Shown here: in pieces, positions 19,564 through 28,657 of the stretch
Layout of the letters: every line of letters begins with the position of its first letter
Position numbering within the stretch: position 1 is the stretch's first letter
Origin: Candidatus Chisholmbacteria bacterium
Lineage (GTDB): Bacteria; Patescibacteriota; Microgenomatia; UBA1400; Chisholmbacteraceae
Assembly: GCA_963704905.1 (NCBI GenBank)
Contig: CAVPHZ010000002.1
Span: 75,011-139,010, forward strand
Length of the DNA: 64,000 bases
Direction of reading: 5' to 3'
Program-made: the position numbers and the translations under genes
The notes under the pieces: model-generated
Databases searched by the model: none
What the model saw: only the letters and a program-made list of their open reading frames with translations
Told to the model about the DNA's origin: nothing

Positions 19564-21127
19564 TTCCCACGCGCTAGATATTATTACCGGTTTTTTACTG
19601 GTATTTATTCCATTGTATCCAAAGTGGCCGTTGGCAGATGTGTTGCCAGGCTACATTGTTAGACTGAGATTAGAAGATCTCATTATCGCAGTGGTTGTCA
19701 TGTTCTGGCTAATTCAGCTAGCTCGAAAAAAAGTCAGTCTTAAAAAGAACCCTCTTACCATTCCAATCATGTTATATCTTAGTATCGGATTCATTTCATC
19801 GCTATCTGCGTTATTTATTACAAAAACCGTACCACTAGAGGGATCGCATGTCGCAAAACTCTTTCTCCACTGGGCCAGAAGAGTTGAATACATGTCTCTC
19901 GCATTTATTTTTTTCTCAGCAGTAAAGACATCAAAACAACTAAGAAGAATTGTCATAATCCTCTCTGTCGTAGTGGTTCTCACTTCTCTATACGGATTTG
20001 GCCAAAAGTACATGCAGTGGCCGGTATATTCAACCATGAATAGAGAATTCGCAAAGGGATGGCGTCTGGTTCTTACTGAGCATGCCCGGGTACCCTCAAC
20101 TTTTGCCGGGCATTACGATTTTGCTGCCTACTCGGTAATTGTGCTCTCAATATTGGTGAGTCTATTGTTTGCAGGTAGTAAAAAAAAGAGCGCAAAAATT
20201 CTTTTAGTAATGGTCTTTCTCGCTGGATTTGCTTCACTTCTACTGACCGCTTCAAGAACATCATTTATTGCATATCTAGCTGCAATCACAATAGTCGCAT
20301 ATTTATTCGCTATAAAAAAAGGATTTCTCTGGAGCCTATCACGTTGGTCTGCGATCGTCACTGTGAGTTTGGTTGGGATGCTTATGTTTGGTGATCTTTC
20401 AGAGAGATTTGCCCACGTCCTCAGGATTAATCAATTGAAGGAATATGTAAATACTGAACTTATCAGCTTGCTGAAAAGCGGGCAATCATCAAAACCACAG
20501 TTCAACCTCAATCAAGATCTCTCGCTGGTATATACCGATACAGACCAACCGCCCATAAGACCCGGAAATTTGCCTTTTGATGTGTTCGAACAAATTCCAG
20601 AAGCATTTCCGGAAGCAACACTTTCAGCAACTTCAGCAGCCGATCTAGAACGGATTGCATCACTTGCCGGTAAGCCTCGTAACTACTCGCCAGCAGCTTT
20701 CACATTTGGACTCTCATCAGCAATTCGATTTGATGCGCTGTGGCCCAGAGCGATTGCCGGTTTCAAAAGAAACCCTCTCCTTGGATCTGGCTACTCAACC
20801 TTGTTGAAAACCCAGCAGACAGAATTCACAGAAGCTGAGTCAACAGACAATGATTTTCTTAGAGCTTTAGGAGAAACGGGTATCTTAGGGTTTATAAGTT
20901 TCTTCGGAATTATGGCTTTTGCATTGTATAAAGTATGGACACAGAAACAAAAAATAAAAAGTTCATTCGACTATGCAATCATAGCTGGGATATCTGGTGC
21001 AATTATTGGTATGTTGGTAAACGGACTGTATATTGATGTTTTTGAGGCTTCAAAGGTTGCCTATACATTTTGGGCTCTAATCGGATTATTATTCGCAACA
21101 CTTAATATATCAAAGAGTAATAGATAA
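19529..21127 (+). CDS. O-antigen ligase / Wzy_C family membrane protein
   Basis: RVPSTF, TASRTS, IRF..LW, PLLGSG, TDNDFLRALGETGILG. Confidence 0.8.
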   Translation: MKRIKKLSTWLDSHALDIITGFLLVFIPLYPKWPLADVLPGYIVRLRLEDLIIAVVVMFWLIQLARKKVSLKKNPLTIPIMLYLSIGFISSLSALFITKTVPLEGSHVAKLFLHWARRVEYMSLAFIFFSAVKTSKQLRRIVIILSVVVVLTSLYGFGQKYMQWPVYSTMNREFAKGWRLVLTEHARVPSTFAGHYDFAAYSVIVLSILVSLLFAGSKKKSAKILLVMVFLAGFASLLLTASRTSFIAYLAAITIVAYLFAIKKGFLWSLSRWSAIVTVSLVGMLMFGDLSERFAHVLRINQLKEYVNTELISLLKSGQSSKPQFNLNQDLSLVYTDTDQPPIRPGNLPFDVFEQIPEAFPEATLSATSAADLERIASLAGKPRNYSPAAFTFGLSSAIRFDALWPRAIAGFKRNPLLGSGYSTLLKTQQTEFTEAESTDNDFLRALGETGILGFISFFGIMAFALYKVWTQKQKIKSSFDYAIIAGISGAIIGMLVNGLYIDVFEASKVAYTFWALIGLLFATLNISKSNR

Positions 21128-21128
21128 T

Positions 21129-22577
21129 ATGAGTAAGAATAATACACAATTCTCAAAAGAGTACATAATAGTTTCAATAATCATTATTATCGGCTTTGTA
21201 CTAAGACTTTATAAAATAACGAACCCTCTAGCAGACTGGCATTCGTGGCGACAGGCTGACACATCCGCCGTTACTAGACGTTATGTGCAAGAAGGGATAG
21301 ATCTATTACAACCAAAGTATGACGACATATCTAGTATCCCATCAGGAATAGACAATCCTTCTGGGTATCGTTTTGTTGAGTTTCCTTTCATCAATGCCTT
21401 GACTGCACTTGCCATACAAAAAATACCAGATACGGGAATTGAAATTTGGGGAAGGCTCATCTCAATTCTATTTTCACTCGGATCGATTCTCGCTGTCTAT
21501 GAAATTGCCAAATGGTATTTCAGCAAATCTGTGGGTTTCATATCTGCTGCGGTGTTTGCAATCCTGCCCTACAACCTCTACTACCATAGAACCATACTTC
21601 CAGAAGTACCAATGGTGTTTTTTGCACTTTTTGGATATTATTTTTTCTTGCGTTGGCTAAAAAATGAAGATAAATTAGACTTTCTAAGCTCTGTAATTAT
21701 AACCTCTCTTGGAGTTCTTCTCAAGCCATATATCCTTTTTCTTGCTTTACCATTAGGGTACGAGGCTGTTCGGAAATGGAGAGCATCGGTAGTGAAACAA
21801 TTCTCTTTATATATATTCCTTGTACTGATTCTAATCCCATTCATCATTTGGAGAATGTGGGCTTCGCAGTTTCCAGAAGGAATTCCTGCGTACGAATGGC
21901 TACTGAATGGAAGTGGAATACGATTTCGCCCTGCCTTCTTTCGCTGGATATTCGCCGAAAGAATTGGCAAGCTCATTCTCGGGTATTGGCTACTTATTCC
22001 GTTTGGGTTAGGGATTGTGAAAAGACCAACTAAAAAAAGTGGTTGGGCATTACATTGGTGGTTGTTGGCAATTCTCCTTTATCTTGTAACCTTCGCAACC
22101 GGAAACGTAACCCATGATTACTATCAGATAATAATCGTTCCTCCGATTGCAATTGCGGTTGGTGTTGGAATTGATTTTCTTATAAGCTCCAAATCGCGTG
22201 AAATACATCGATTGGTTGGCATACTTCTATGTATTCTAGTGTTAGGATTTGGTCTTGGCTTCTCTTGGTTTTATATCAGAGATTTTTACAACATCAATCA
22301 TCCAGAAATAGTTGCTGCTGGTGAAGCTGCTAACTTCATTCTTCCACCAGATGCAAAAGTAATAGCTCCCTATGGTGGCGATACTGCATTTCTATATCAG
22401 ATCAATCGTCTAGGTTGGCCGATCGGTGGAGATATACAGTCCAAGATTGAGAAAGGAGCGACAGATTACATTACCGTAAATTTTGATGAGGAAGCCAAAC
22501 TCCTCTCAGAAAAGTGTCAACCAGCAATCACAGTTGAAGAGACAACCATCATCAGTTTACGTAACTGTAACCTATGA
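21129..22577 (+). CDS. GT-C fold membrane glycosyltransferase (ArnT/PMT_2-like)
   Basis: WRQADT, EFPF, GRLISI, HDYYQ; multi-TM. Confidence 0.78.
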   Translation: MSKNNTQFSKEYIIVSIIIIIGFVLRLYKITNPLADWHSWRQADTSAVTRRYVQEGIDLLQPKYDDISSIPSGIDNPSGYRFVEFPFINALTALAIQKIPDTGIEIWGRLISILFSLGSILAVYEIAKWYFSKSVGFISAAVFAILPYNLYYHRTILPEVPMVFFALFGYYFFLRWLKNEDKLDFLSSVIITSLGVLLKPYILFLALPLGYEAVRKWRASVVKQFSLYIFLVLILIPFIIWRMWASQFPEGIPAYEWLLNGSGIRFRPAFFRWIFAERIGKLILGYWLLIPFGLGIVKRPTKKSGWALHWWLLAILLYLVTFATGNVTHDYYQIIIVPPIAIAVGVGIDFLISSKSREIHRLVGILLCILVLGFGLGFSWFYIRDFYNINHPEIVAAGEAANFILPPDAKVIAPYGGDTAFLYQINRLGWPIGGDIQSKIEKGATDYITVNFDEEAKLLSEKCQPAITVEETTIISLRNCNL

Positions 22578-23764
22578 AAATCCTCATGCTCACGCCGTAT
22601 CTTCCATACCCGCTACTTTCTGGTGGGCAGATACGAACCTATAATCTCTTAAAGAATCTCAAAGATAAACACGAGATCCATCTCTATTCACTCATTAAAG
22701 GTGAGGCGGAAAAAGAATACATCTCGCAGCTGAAGAAATTTTGCAAAACCGTAAATGTCTTTAAAAGAAGTAAAAGTCCTTTTACATTACGCAATGTCCT
22801 CATGGCAGGTATAACTCCATACCCTTTTCTTGTTACTCGAAATCTACCTCTACAAGCCAAATCTGTTCTTACAGAAGTATTAAAAAGTGGGAATTTCGAC
22901 CTCATACATGCAGAAACGTTCTATGTCATGCCAAACATTCCCAAGACGTCTGTACCAATTTTACTGGTAGAGCAGACTATAGAATATTTGGTGTATCAAG
23001 ATTTTGCCAATCAATTTAAATTTAAAGTATTAAAACCTTTTCTCACCTTTGATGTAAATAAAATCAAACATTGGGAAAAATATTATTGGAAGAAAGCTGA
23101 TCGTCTTGCCGCAATGTCAGAAGAAGACAAAGATTTCATTCATGAATTTGCACCAGAAAAGCAAATCGACGTAGTAGCCAATGGAGTGGATGCAAAGTTT
23201 TTTCAAGAAGTGAAGCGGATACCATCAGAGAAGCCAATTGTCTTGTTCGTTGGTCAATTCAAATGGCTCCCAAATCGAGACGCGGTTGACTATATCCACA
23301 ATGAAATCTGGCCGAAGATAAGGTCCAAGATCAACAATTGTGAGCTGCGGATAGTTGGACGACACCCAACCGACAATATCAAAGCAATCGCAAACGGAAA
23401 AGATATCATCGTTGATGAAGGAGTTGAGGATATTAGAGAAGCATATTCGGGGGCAAATGTACTTCTTGCTCCAATTCGAAGCGGTAGGGGAACAAAATAT
23501 AAAATTCTCGAAGCAATGGCTTCAGGTACCCCGGTAGTTGCCACACCCCTAGGTATAGAGGGAATAGATGCTCATGACGGTAAAGATGTTCTTATTGCAC
23601 AGACGGCAGACGGACTAGCAGAACGAACCGTGGAAGTGCTACAAAATCAAAAAAAAGCCAAAGCAATTGCACAGTCTGCGAAAAAGCTCATTCTCGAGCA
23701 GTACAATTGGAAAAAAATATCTTCTCACCTGGATACCATTTATAAGCAATTAGGGAAAGCATGA
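22574..23764 (+). CDS. Glycosyltransferase family 4
   Basis: PYPLLSGGQIR, PNRDAV, GTKYKILEAMASG. Confidence 0.88.
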   Translation: MKILMLTPYLPYPLLSGGQIRTYNLLKNLKDKHEIHLYSLIKGEAEKEYISQLKKFCKTVNVFKRSKSPFTLRNVLMAGITPYPFLVTRNLPLQAKSVLTEVLKSGNFDLIHAETFYVMPNIPKTSVPILLVEQTIEYLVYQDFANQFKFKVLKPFLTFDVNKIKHWEKYYWKKADRLAAMSEEDKDFIHEFAPEKQIDVVANGVDAKFFQEVKRIPSEKPIVLFVGQFKWLPNRDAVDYIHNEIWPKIRSKINNCELRIVGRHPTDNIKAIANGKDIIVDEGVEDIREAYSGANVLLAPIRSGRGTKYKILEAMASGTPVVATPLGIEGIDAHDGKDVLIAQTADGLAERTVEVLQNQKKAKAIAQSAKKLILEQYNWKKISSHLDTIYKQLGKA

Positions 23765-24657
23765 TTCTTACTATTATTGTCGTCAGCTACAATACTAAAG
23801 ACTACACTCTAAAATGCCTTAGATCCATAAAGGAGCAACATCACAGCCTTGATGATATCGAAGTGATCGTTGTTGATAATAGTTCTATCGATGGCTCAGT
23901 CGAAGCGATACAGAATGACTTTCCTTGGGTTATCCTGATCAAAAACAAAAATAATCTCGGTTTTGCAGCTGCCAATAATATTGGCCTTCAAAAAGCAAAA
24001 GGAAAACTCATTCTACTTCTGAATTCTGATACAGTACTTCTCTACGACACACTGGATGTCATGATTAACATCTTCGCTGAAAATAAAAATATTGGCGCAG
24101 CAACTGCTCGCCTTGAACTTCCTGACAAAAGCCTAGACTTAGCCAGTCATAGAGGCTTTCCCACCCCTTGGAATGCATTAACATACTTTTTAGGGTTAGA
24201 ACGAATTTTTCCCAACACCGCCATTTTTTCAGGATATCATCAAACGTTTAAGGATTTTAATCTTATTCACGAAGTTGATGCAATTTCAGGAGCATGTTTT
24301 TTCGTACGCAGTCAAGTGGTAAAGCAAGTCGGTTTATTAGACGAGCGATTCTTCATGTACGCTGAGGACATTGACTGGTGTATAAGAATAAAAGAGGCAG
24401 GGTGGAAAATTTACTTTAATCCAAATGCAAAAGTAGTACATTTTAAAAAACGCTCAGGGAGAGAAAAAGAGAATGAAATACGAGGCAACCTTAAAGCAAG
24501 TACTATTCGCATGAAAACAGAAAATCATTTCTATGAAACGATGAAGGTATTTTATGATAAACATTACAAAAATCGTTACCCAAAGATAGTCAACCAAGTT
24601 GTACTTTTTGGTATCTTCGTCAAGTCAAAAGTATCAAGACGTATGGAGAAATCATGA
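23761..24657 (+). CDS. Glycosyltransferase family 2 (WbbL-like)
   Basis: VDNSSIDGS, NLGFAAANN, LLNSDT, FFMYAEDIDWC. Confidence 0.9.
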   Translation: MILTIIVVSYNTKDYTLKCLRSIKEQHHSLDDIEVIVVDNSSIDGSVEAIQNDFPWVILIKNKNNLGFAAANNIGLQKAKGKLILLLNSDTVLLYDTLDVMINIFAENKNIGAATARLELPDKSLDLASHRGFPTPWNALTYFLGLERIFPNTAIFSGYHQTFKDFNLIHEVDAISGACFFVRSQVVKQVGLLDERFFMYAEDIDWCIRIKEAGWKIYFNPNAKVVHFKKRSGREKENEIRGNLKASTIRMKTENHFYETMKVFYDKHYKNRYPKIVNQVVLFGIFVKSKVSRRMEKS

Positions 24658-25778
24658 AAATTGGGATAGACGCAAGATTTTGGGGGCTTGAACATGCGGG
24701 TATTGGAAGATATGTCATGGAGCTTATTAGCGAGCTCCAACGTCTGGATAAAAAAAACTTCTACACATTATATGTGCGGAGAAAGTACAAAAACTTTTTC
24801 TCACTACCTCAGAACTTCGAAGTTGTTGTTGCAGATGTTCCACACTACTCTGTCGCGGAACAATGGCTGGCTGCAGAGATTTTCAACAAATCAAATCTCG
24901 ATCTTCTTCATGTACCTCACTTTAACGTACCGCTGTTATACAAGCGCCCTTTTGTTGTAACAATTCATGATCTGCTCTGGCATGAAGTAAAAGGCATGTC
25001 GGTCACCACTCAAAGTCCGCTCAGATACCTAGTCAAGCACGTCGGATATCGTTTTGTTGTTCGTAATGCCCTGAACAATGCCAAAGCTATTTTGGTTCCA
25101 AGTCAGACAATCAAAAATAAATTAACAGATTCTCACAATGTTCTTGCGGATAAAATTACTGTGACCTATGAAGCTCCAGGTAGAATATTTTTCATATCAA
25201 AAAAAGATCCCTATATCTTAAAAAAGTATCAGTTACCAGATCCGTACATCTTATACGTTGGTACAGCATATCCACATAAAAATATTCTCTCCGTCATCGA
25301 TGCGGTAATAAAACTCAACAAGGAAACGAAGAAGATTGCATTGGTTATTGTCAGCGCTCGGACTGTATTTCTCGACAGATTATTGTCTGAGATTGCCAAG
25401 AGAAATGCCACCAAACTGGTCAAAATCCTTGGATTCGTTCCTGACCGAGACCTGGCTCAACTGTATGCACACTCACTCGCTCTTATCCAGCCCTCACTAT
25501 CAGAAGGATTCGGACTTACAGGTCTGGAAGCAATGTCTGCAGGGACAGCTGTGATAGCTTCAGACATTGATATTTTCAAAGAGATTTATCAGGATGTAGC
25601 GCAATACTGTAATCCGACATCCCACAGCGATATAGCAAGCAATATTGACATCCTGTTAAGTGATGACAAACGAAGGATAAAACTTATTCAAAAAAGTATA
25701 AAAAGGGTACAATCCTTCAGCTGGAAAACATTAGCCAAACAAACACACGATATATATCTCACTTCAGGAAATAGGTAA
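24654..25778 (+). CDS. Glycosyltransferase family 4 (MtfB-like)
   Basis: GIGRY, TIHDL, PHKNI, PSLSEGFGLTGLEAM. Confidence 0.9.
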   Translation: MKIGIDARFWGLEHAGIGRYVMELISELQRLDKKNFYTLYVRRKYKNFFSLPQNFEVVVADVPHYSVAEQWLAAEIFNKSNLDLLHVPHFNVPLLYKRPFVVTIHDLLWHEVKGMSVTTQSPLRYLVKHVGYRFVVRNALNNAKAILVPSQTIKNKLTDSHNVLADKITVTYEAPGRIFFISKKDPYILKKYQLPDPYILYVGTAYPHKNILSVIDAVIKLNKETKKIALVIVSARTVFLDRLLSEIAKRNATKLVKILGFVPDRDLAQLYAHSLALIQPSLSEGFGLTGLEAMSAGTAVIASDIDIFKEIYQDVAQYCNPTSHSDIASNIDILLSDDKRRIKLIQKSIKRVQSFSWKTLAKQTHDIYLTSGNR

Positions 25779-25796
25779 CTTTTCCGTGATAATGAC

Positions 25797-26942
25797 ATGA
25801 CCAAGTACGCCGATTCCAAAAGTAAAAAAACAGTATTGGTCTATGACCGAATTAATAAAATAGGCGGGGCTGAGCGAATTCTGGCAGCGTTATATGAACT
25901 CTATCCCAAGAGTCCTCTTTACTCAGCTGTATATCATAGTCAGAAAGCAACCTGGGCAAATGACTGGGATATTCATCCTTCTTTTGTAAATAAACTTCTA
26001 TTTGCGAAATCAACTCATGAACTTTATCCCTGGCTCATGCCCCTGGCATTTGAAAGTTTTGTCTTCAATGACGTTGACATGGTAGTAAGCGTAACCAGCG
26101 CTGAAGCCAAAGGAATAGTCTCAAAACCAGAAACACTCCATGTGTGCTACTGTCTAACGCCCACCAGATATTTATGGCATGATCATGCACGGCATATTGC
26201 GCTTCTTCCGAAATTACTTCAGCATGTTTCATATCCAGTGTTTCACTATCTTCGTAAATGGGACAGAATTGCTAGCCAACGTCCAGATTTCATGCTGGCA
26301 ATATCCAAAACAACTCAACAAAGAATTAGAAAATATTACCAAAGAGAATCAGATGTGATCTATCCTCCGGTAGATGTGGATAAATATTCGAAAAAAAGAA
26401 ACAGTAGGAAAAATCTGCCATTTGCAAAATACTATCTTGTGGTGTCAAGACTAGTTGCGTACAAAAACGTTGAACTTGCAATCAGAGCTTGTAATCAGTT
26501 GAAAAAACATTTAATCATTGTCGGAACTGGACTTCAAATGAGAATACTGAGAAGTATTGCCGGTCCAACCATTTACTTTGCTGGTCAATTGACAGATGAT
26601 GATCTTGTTTTGTACTATCAAAATTGCAGTGCCCTTTTATTCCCGCAACAAGAAGACTTTGGTATTACCGTAGTCGAAGCTCAGGCAGCTGGGAAACCAG
26701 TTATCGCTTACAATCAAGGAGGAGCAACTGAAACAATTATAGAGGGAAGAACCGGCATATTTTTTTCCCAACCAACGGTTAATTCACTTGTTGCAGCAAT
26801 TCAAATATTCGAAGACATCTCGTTTGACAGCAAAAACTGCAAAACCAATGCGAAGCGATTTAATAAAAGTCGGTTCATATTAGAATTTAAAGATAAAATG
26901 GAGGAACTATGGGAACAACACCAAGAAAAAAACGCGCTGTAA
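25797..26942 (+). CDS. Glycosyltransferase family 4 (WbaZ-like mannosyltransferase)
   Basis: GGAER, YCLTPTRYLW, VSRLVAYK, EDFGITVVEAQAAG. Confidence 0.88.
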   Translation: MTKYADSKSKKTVLVYDRINKIGGAERILAALYELYPKSPLYSAVYHSQKATWANDWDIHPSFVNKLLFAKSTHELYPWLMPLAFESFVFNDVDMVVSVTSAEAKGIVSKPETLHVCYCLTPTRYLWHDHARHIALLPKLLQHVSYPVFHYLRKWDRIASQRPDFMLAISKTTQQRIRKYYQRESDVIYPPVDVDKYSKKRNSRKNLPFAKYYLVVSRLVAYKNVELAIRACNQLKKHLIIVGTGLQMRILRSIAGPTIYFAGQLTDDDLVLYYQNCSALLFPQQEDFGITVVEAQAAGKPVIAYNQGGATETIIEGRTGIFFSQPTVNSLVAAIQIFEDISFDSKNCKTNAKRFNKSRFILEFKDKMEELWEQHQEKNAL

Positions 26943-28012
26943 TCTTTGCCGGGGGAGTAGGGACAAGAATGTGGCCACTTTCCCGAAAAAACTCTCCAAA
27001 ACAATTTGAAAAAATTATTGGATCAAAATCGACACTGCGGCTTGCTGTAGAGAGAATTGAACCGGTATTTGGATACGAAAATATCTACATATCGACCGGG
27101 AAAAAGTACATTTCACTTGTGGAAAAGCAACTTCCAGAAATTCCTAAAGAAAATATCATTGGTGAGCCAGAGATGCGTGATGTTGGACCTGCAGTGGGAT
27201 ATCTTATGTCAATCTTAGCAAAGTCAGATCCAGATGGTCCGGTTGCAATACTTTGGAGTGATCACGTAATGGAAAATACTGATACCTTTAGAAAAATTCT
27301 CACAATTGGGTGCGAGTATGTTGCCAAGGAAAAGGATGTCTTTCTTCTTATCGGACAGAAGCCGAGATTTGCAAGTCAAAACCTCGGCTGGATAGAATCT
27401 GGAAAAACCATTACTTCGATGAATGGCCTAGAAGTACATGAGTTTAAATCCTGGCATTACCGCCCGAAGTTAAAAATTGCTCAACAATATTTTGAGAGCC
27501 AGCACTATTCTTGGAATCCGGGATATTTTATTGTGACTCCCAACTTTGTGTTTAAACAATTTAAAAAGCACATGCCAAATATGTACGAAGGCTTACGAAA
27601 ATTACAATCTTCCTATGGTACATCAAGGCATGAAAAAATAATAAACGAGTACTATCCCAACTTTGAAAAAATAAGTTTTGACAACGCAATTATGGAGAAA
27701 ATTGATCCTCACGAAGCGGTGGTGGTCTCAGCAGATTTGGGCTGGAGCGATGTGGGTGCTTGGGAAGCCTTAAAAGAAGTACTGCAGAAGAAGGAGGGAG
27801 AAAACATCGTTAAGGGCAATGTTATACTTCGAAATACGAATGACTCATTAGTATATAGCTACACTGACCAGATGGTAACCGCAATTGACTTAGAAGGCAT
27901 TGTATTGGTGGTTACCGAGGATGTTATACTCGTTTGTCCACAGGATTCTATCCCTGAGGTAAAAAAACAACTCAAAGAGTTTGAAGGAACGGATTTCGAA
28001 AAATTCTCGTAA
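26909..28012 (+). CDS. manC: Mannose-1-phosphate guanylyltransferase (monofunctional, no PMI domain)
   Basis: AGGVGTRMWPLSRKNSPKQF, EPEMRD, SDH, ISFDNAIMEK, GWSDVGAW. Confidence 0.85.
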   Translation: MGTTPRKKRAVIFAGGVGTRMWPLSRKNSPKQFEKIIGSKSTLRLAVERIEPVFGYENIYISTGKKYISLVEKQLPEIPKENIIGEPEMRDVGPAVGYLMSILAKSDPDGPVAILWSDHVMENTDTFRKILTIGCEYVAKEKDVFLLIGQKPRFASQNLGWIESGKTITSMNGLEVHEFKSWHYRPKLKIAQQYFESQHYSWNPGYFIVTPNFVFKQFKKHMPNMYEGLRKLQSSYGTSRHEKIINEYYPNFEKISFDNAIMEKIDPHEAVVVSADLGWSDVGAWEALKEVLQKKEGENIVKGNVILRNTNDSLVYSYTDQMVTAIDLEGIVLVVTEDVILVCPQDSIPEVKKQLKEFEGTDFEKFS

Positions 28013-28015
28013 GAA

Positions 28016-28657
28016 ATGATAACGATGAAAAGAAATTGGTACTACGAATACGTCAAACGACTCATGGATATTATCTTGAGTATAATACTCATGATCCTTT
28101 TTCTTCCAGTATGGATAATCATTCCAATCCTCATTGTTATTGACTCTCCTGGTCCAGTGATTTATAAACATCGGAGAGTTGGAAAAAACGGAAAAATGTT
28201 CTCGATGTATAAATTTCGAAGCATGGTGCATAATGCCGATGAAATATTATTTAAAAAAGACAAACGACTCCTTGCACAATTCAAAAATGGTGATTGGAAA
28301 CTCGAAAAGGATCCACGTATCACACCATTGGGAAGAATTATGCGGTCAATAACCATAGACGAATTTCCGCAATTGTTTAATGTACTAATTGGAGCTATGA
28401 GTTTGGTCGGACCCAGGGCATATGTGAAAGATGAACTGAAAGAACAAGGAAAAAAATATCCAGAAACAAAGCCATGGATAACTGCTATTTTATCGATAAA
28501 ACCTGGAATAACCGGCCCTTGGCAGACATCTGGTAGAAATATCGTCCCCTTTAATATTCGAGCAGAAATGGATGCAAAGTATGCAAAAAGGAAATCAATT
28601 TTCGAAGATATAAAAATTATCCTGAAAACGCCAACGGCAATGTTTAGCAAATGGTAA
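28016..28657 (+). CDS. Priming phosphoglycosyl transferase (Bac_transf; WbaP/WcaJ C-terminal type)
   Basis: KRLMDI, KFRSM, DPRITPLG, DEFPQLFNV, MSLVGPR, KPGITGPWQ. Confidence 0.92.
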   Translation: MITMKRNWYYEYVKRLMDIILSIILMILFLPVWIIIPILIVIDSPGPVIYKHRRVGKNGKMFSMYKFRSMVHNADEILFKKDKRLLAQFKNGDWKLEKDPRITPLGRIMRSITIDEFPQLFNVLIGAMSLVGPRAYVKDELKEQGKKYPETKPWITAILSIKPGITGPWQTSGRNIVPFNIRAEMDAKYAKRKSIFEDIKIILKTPTAMFSKW

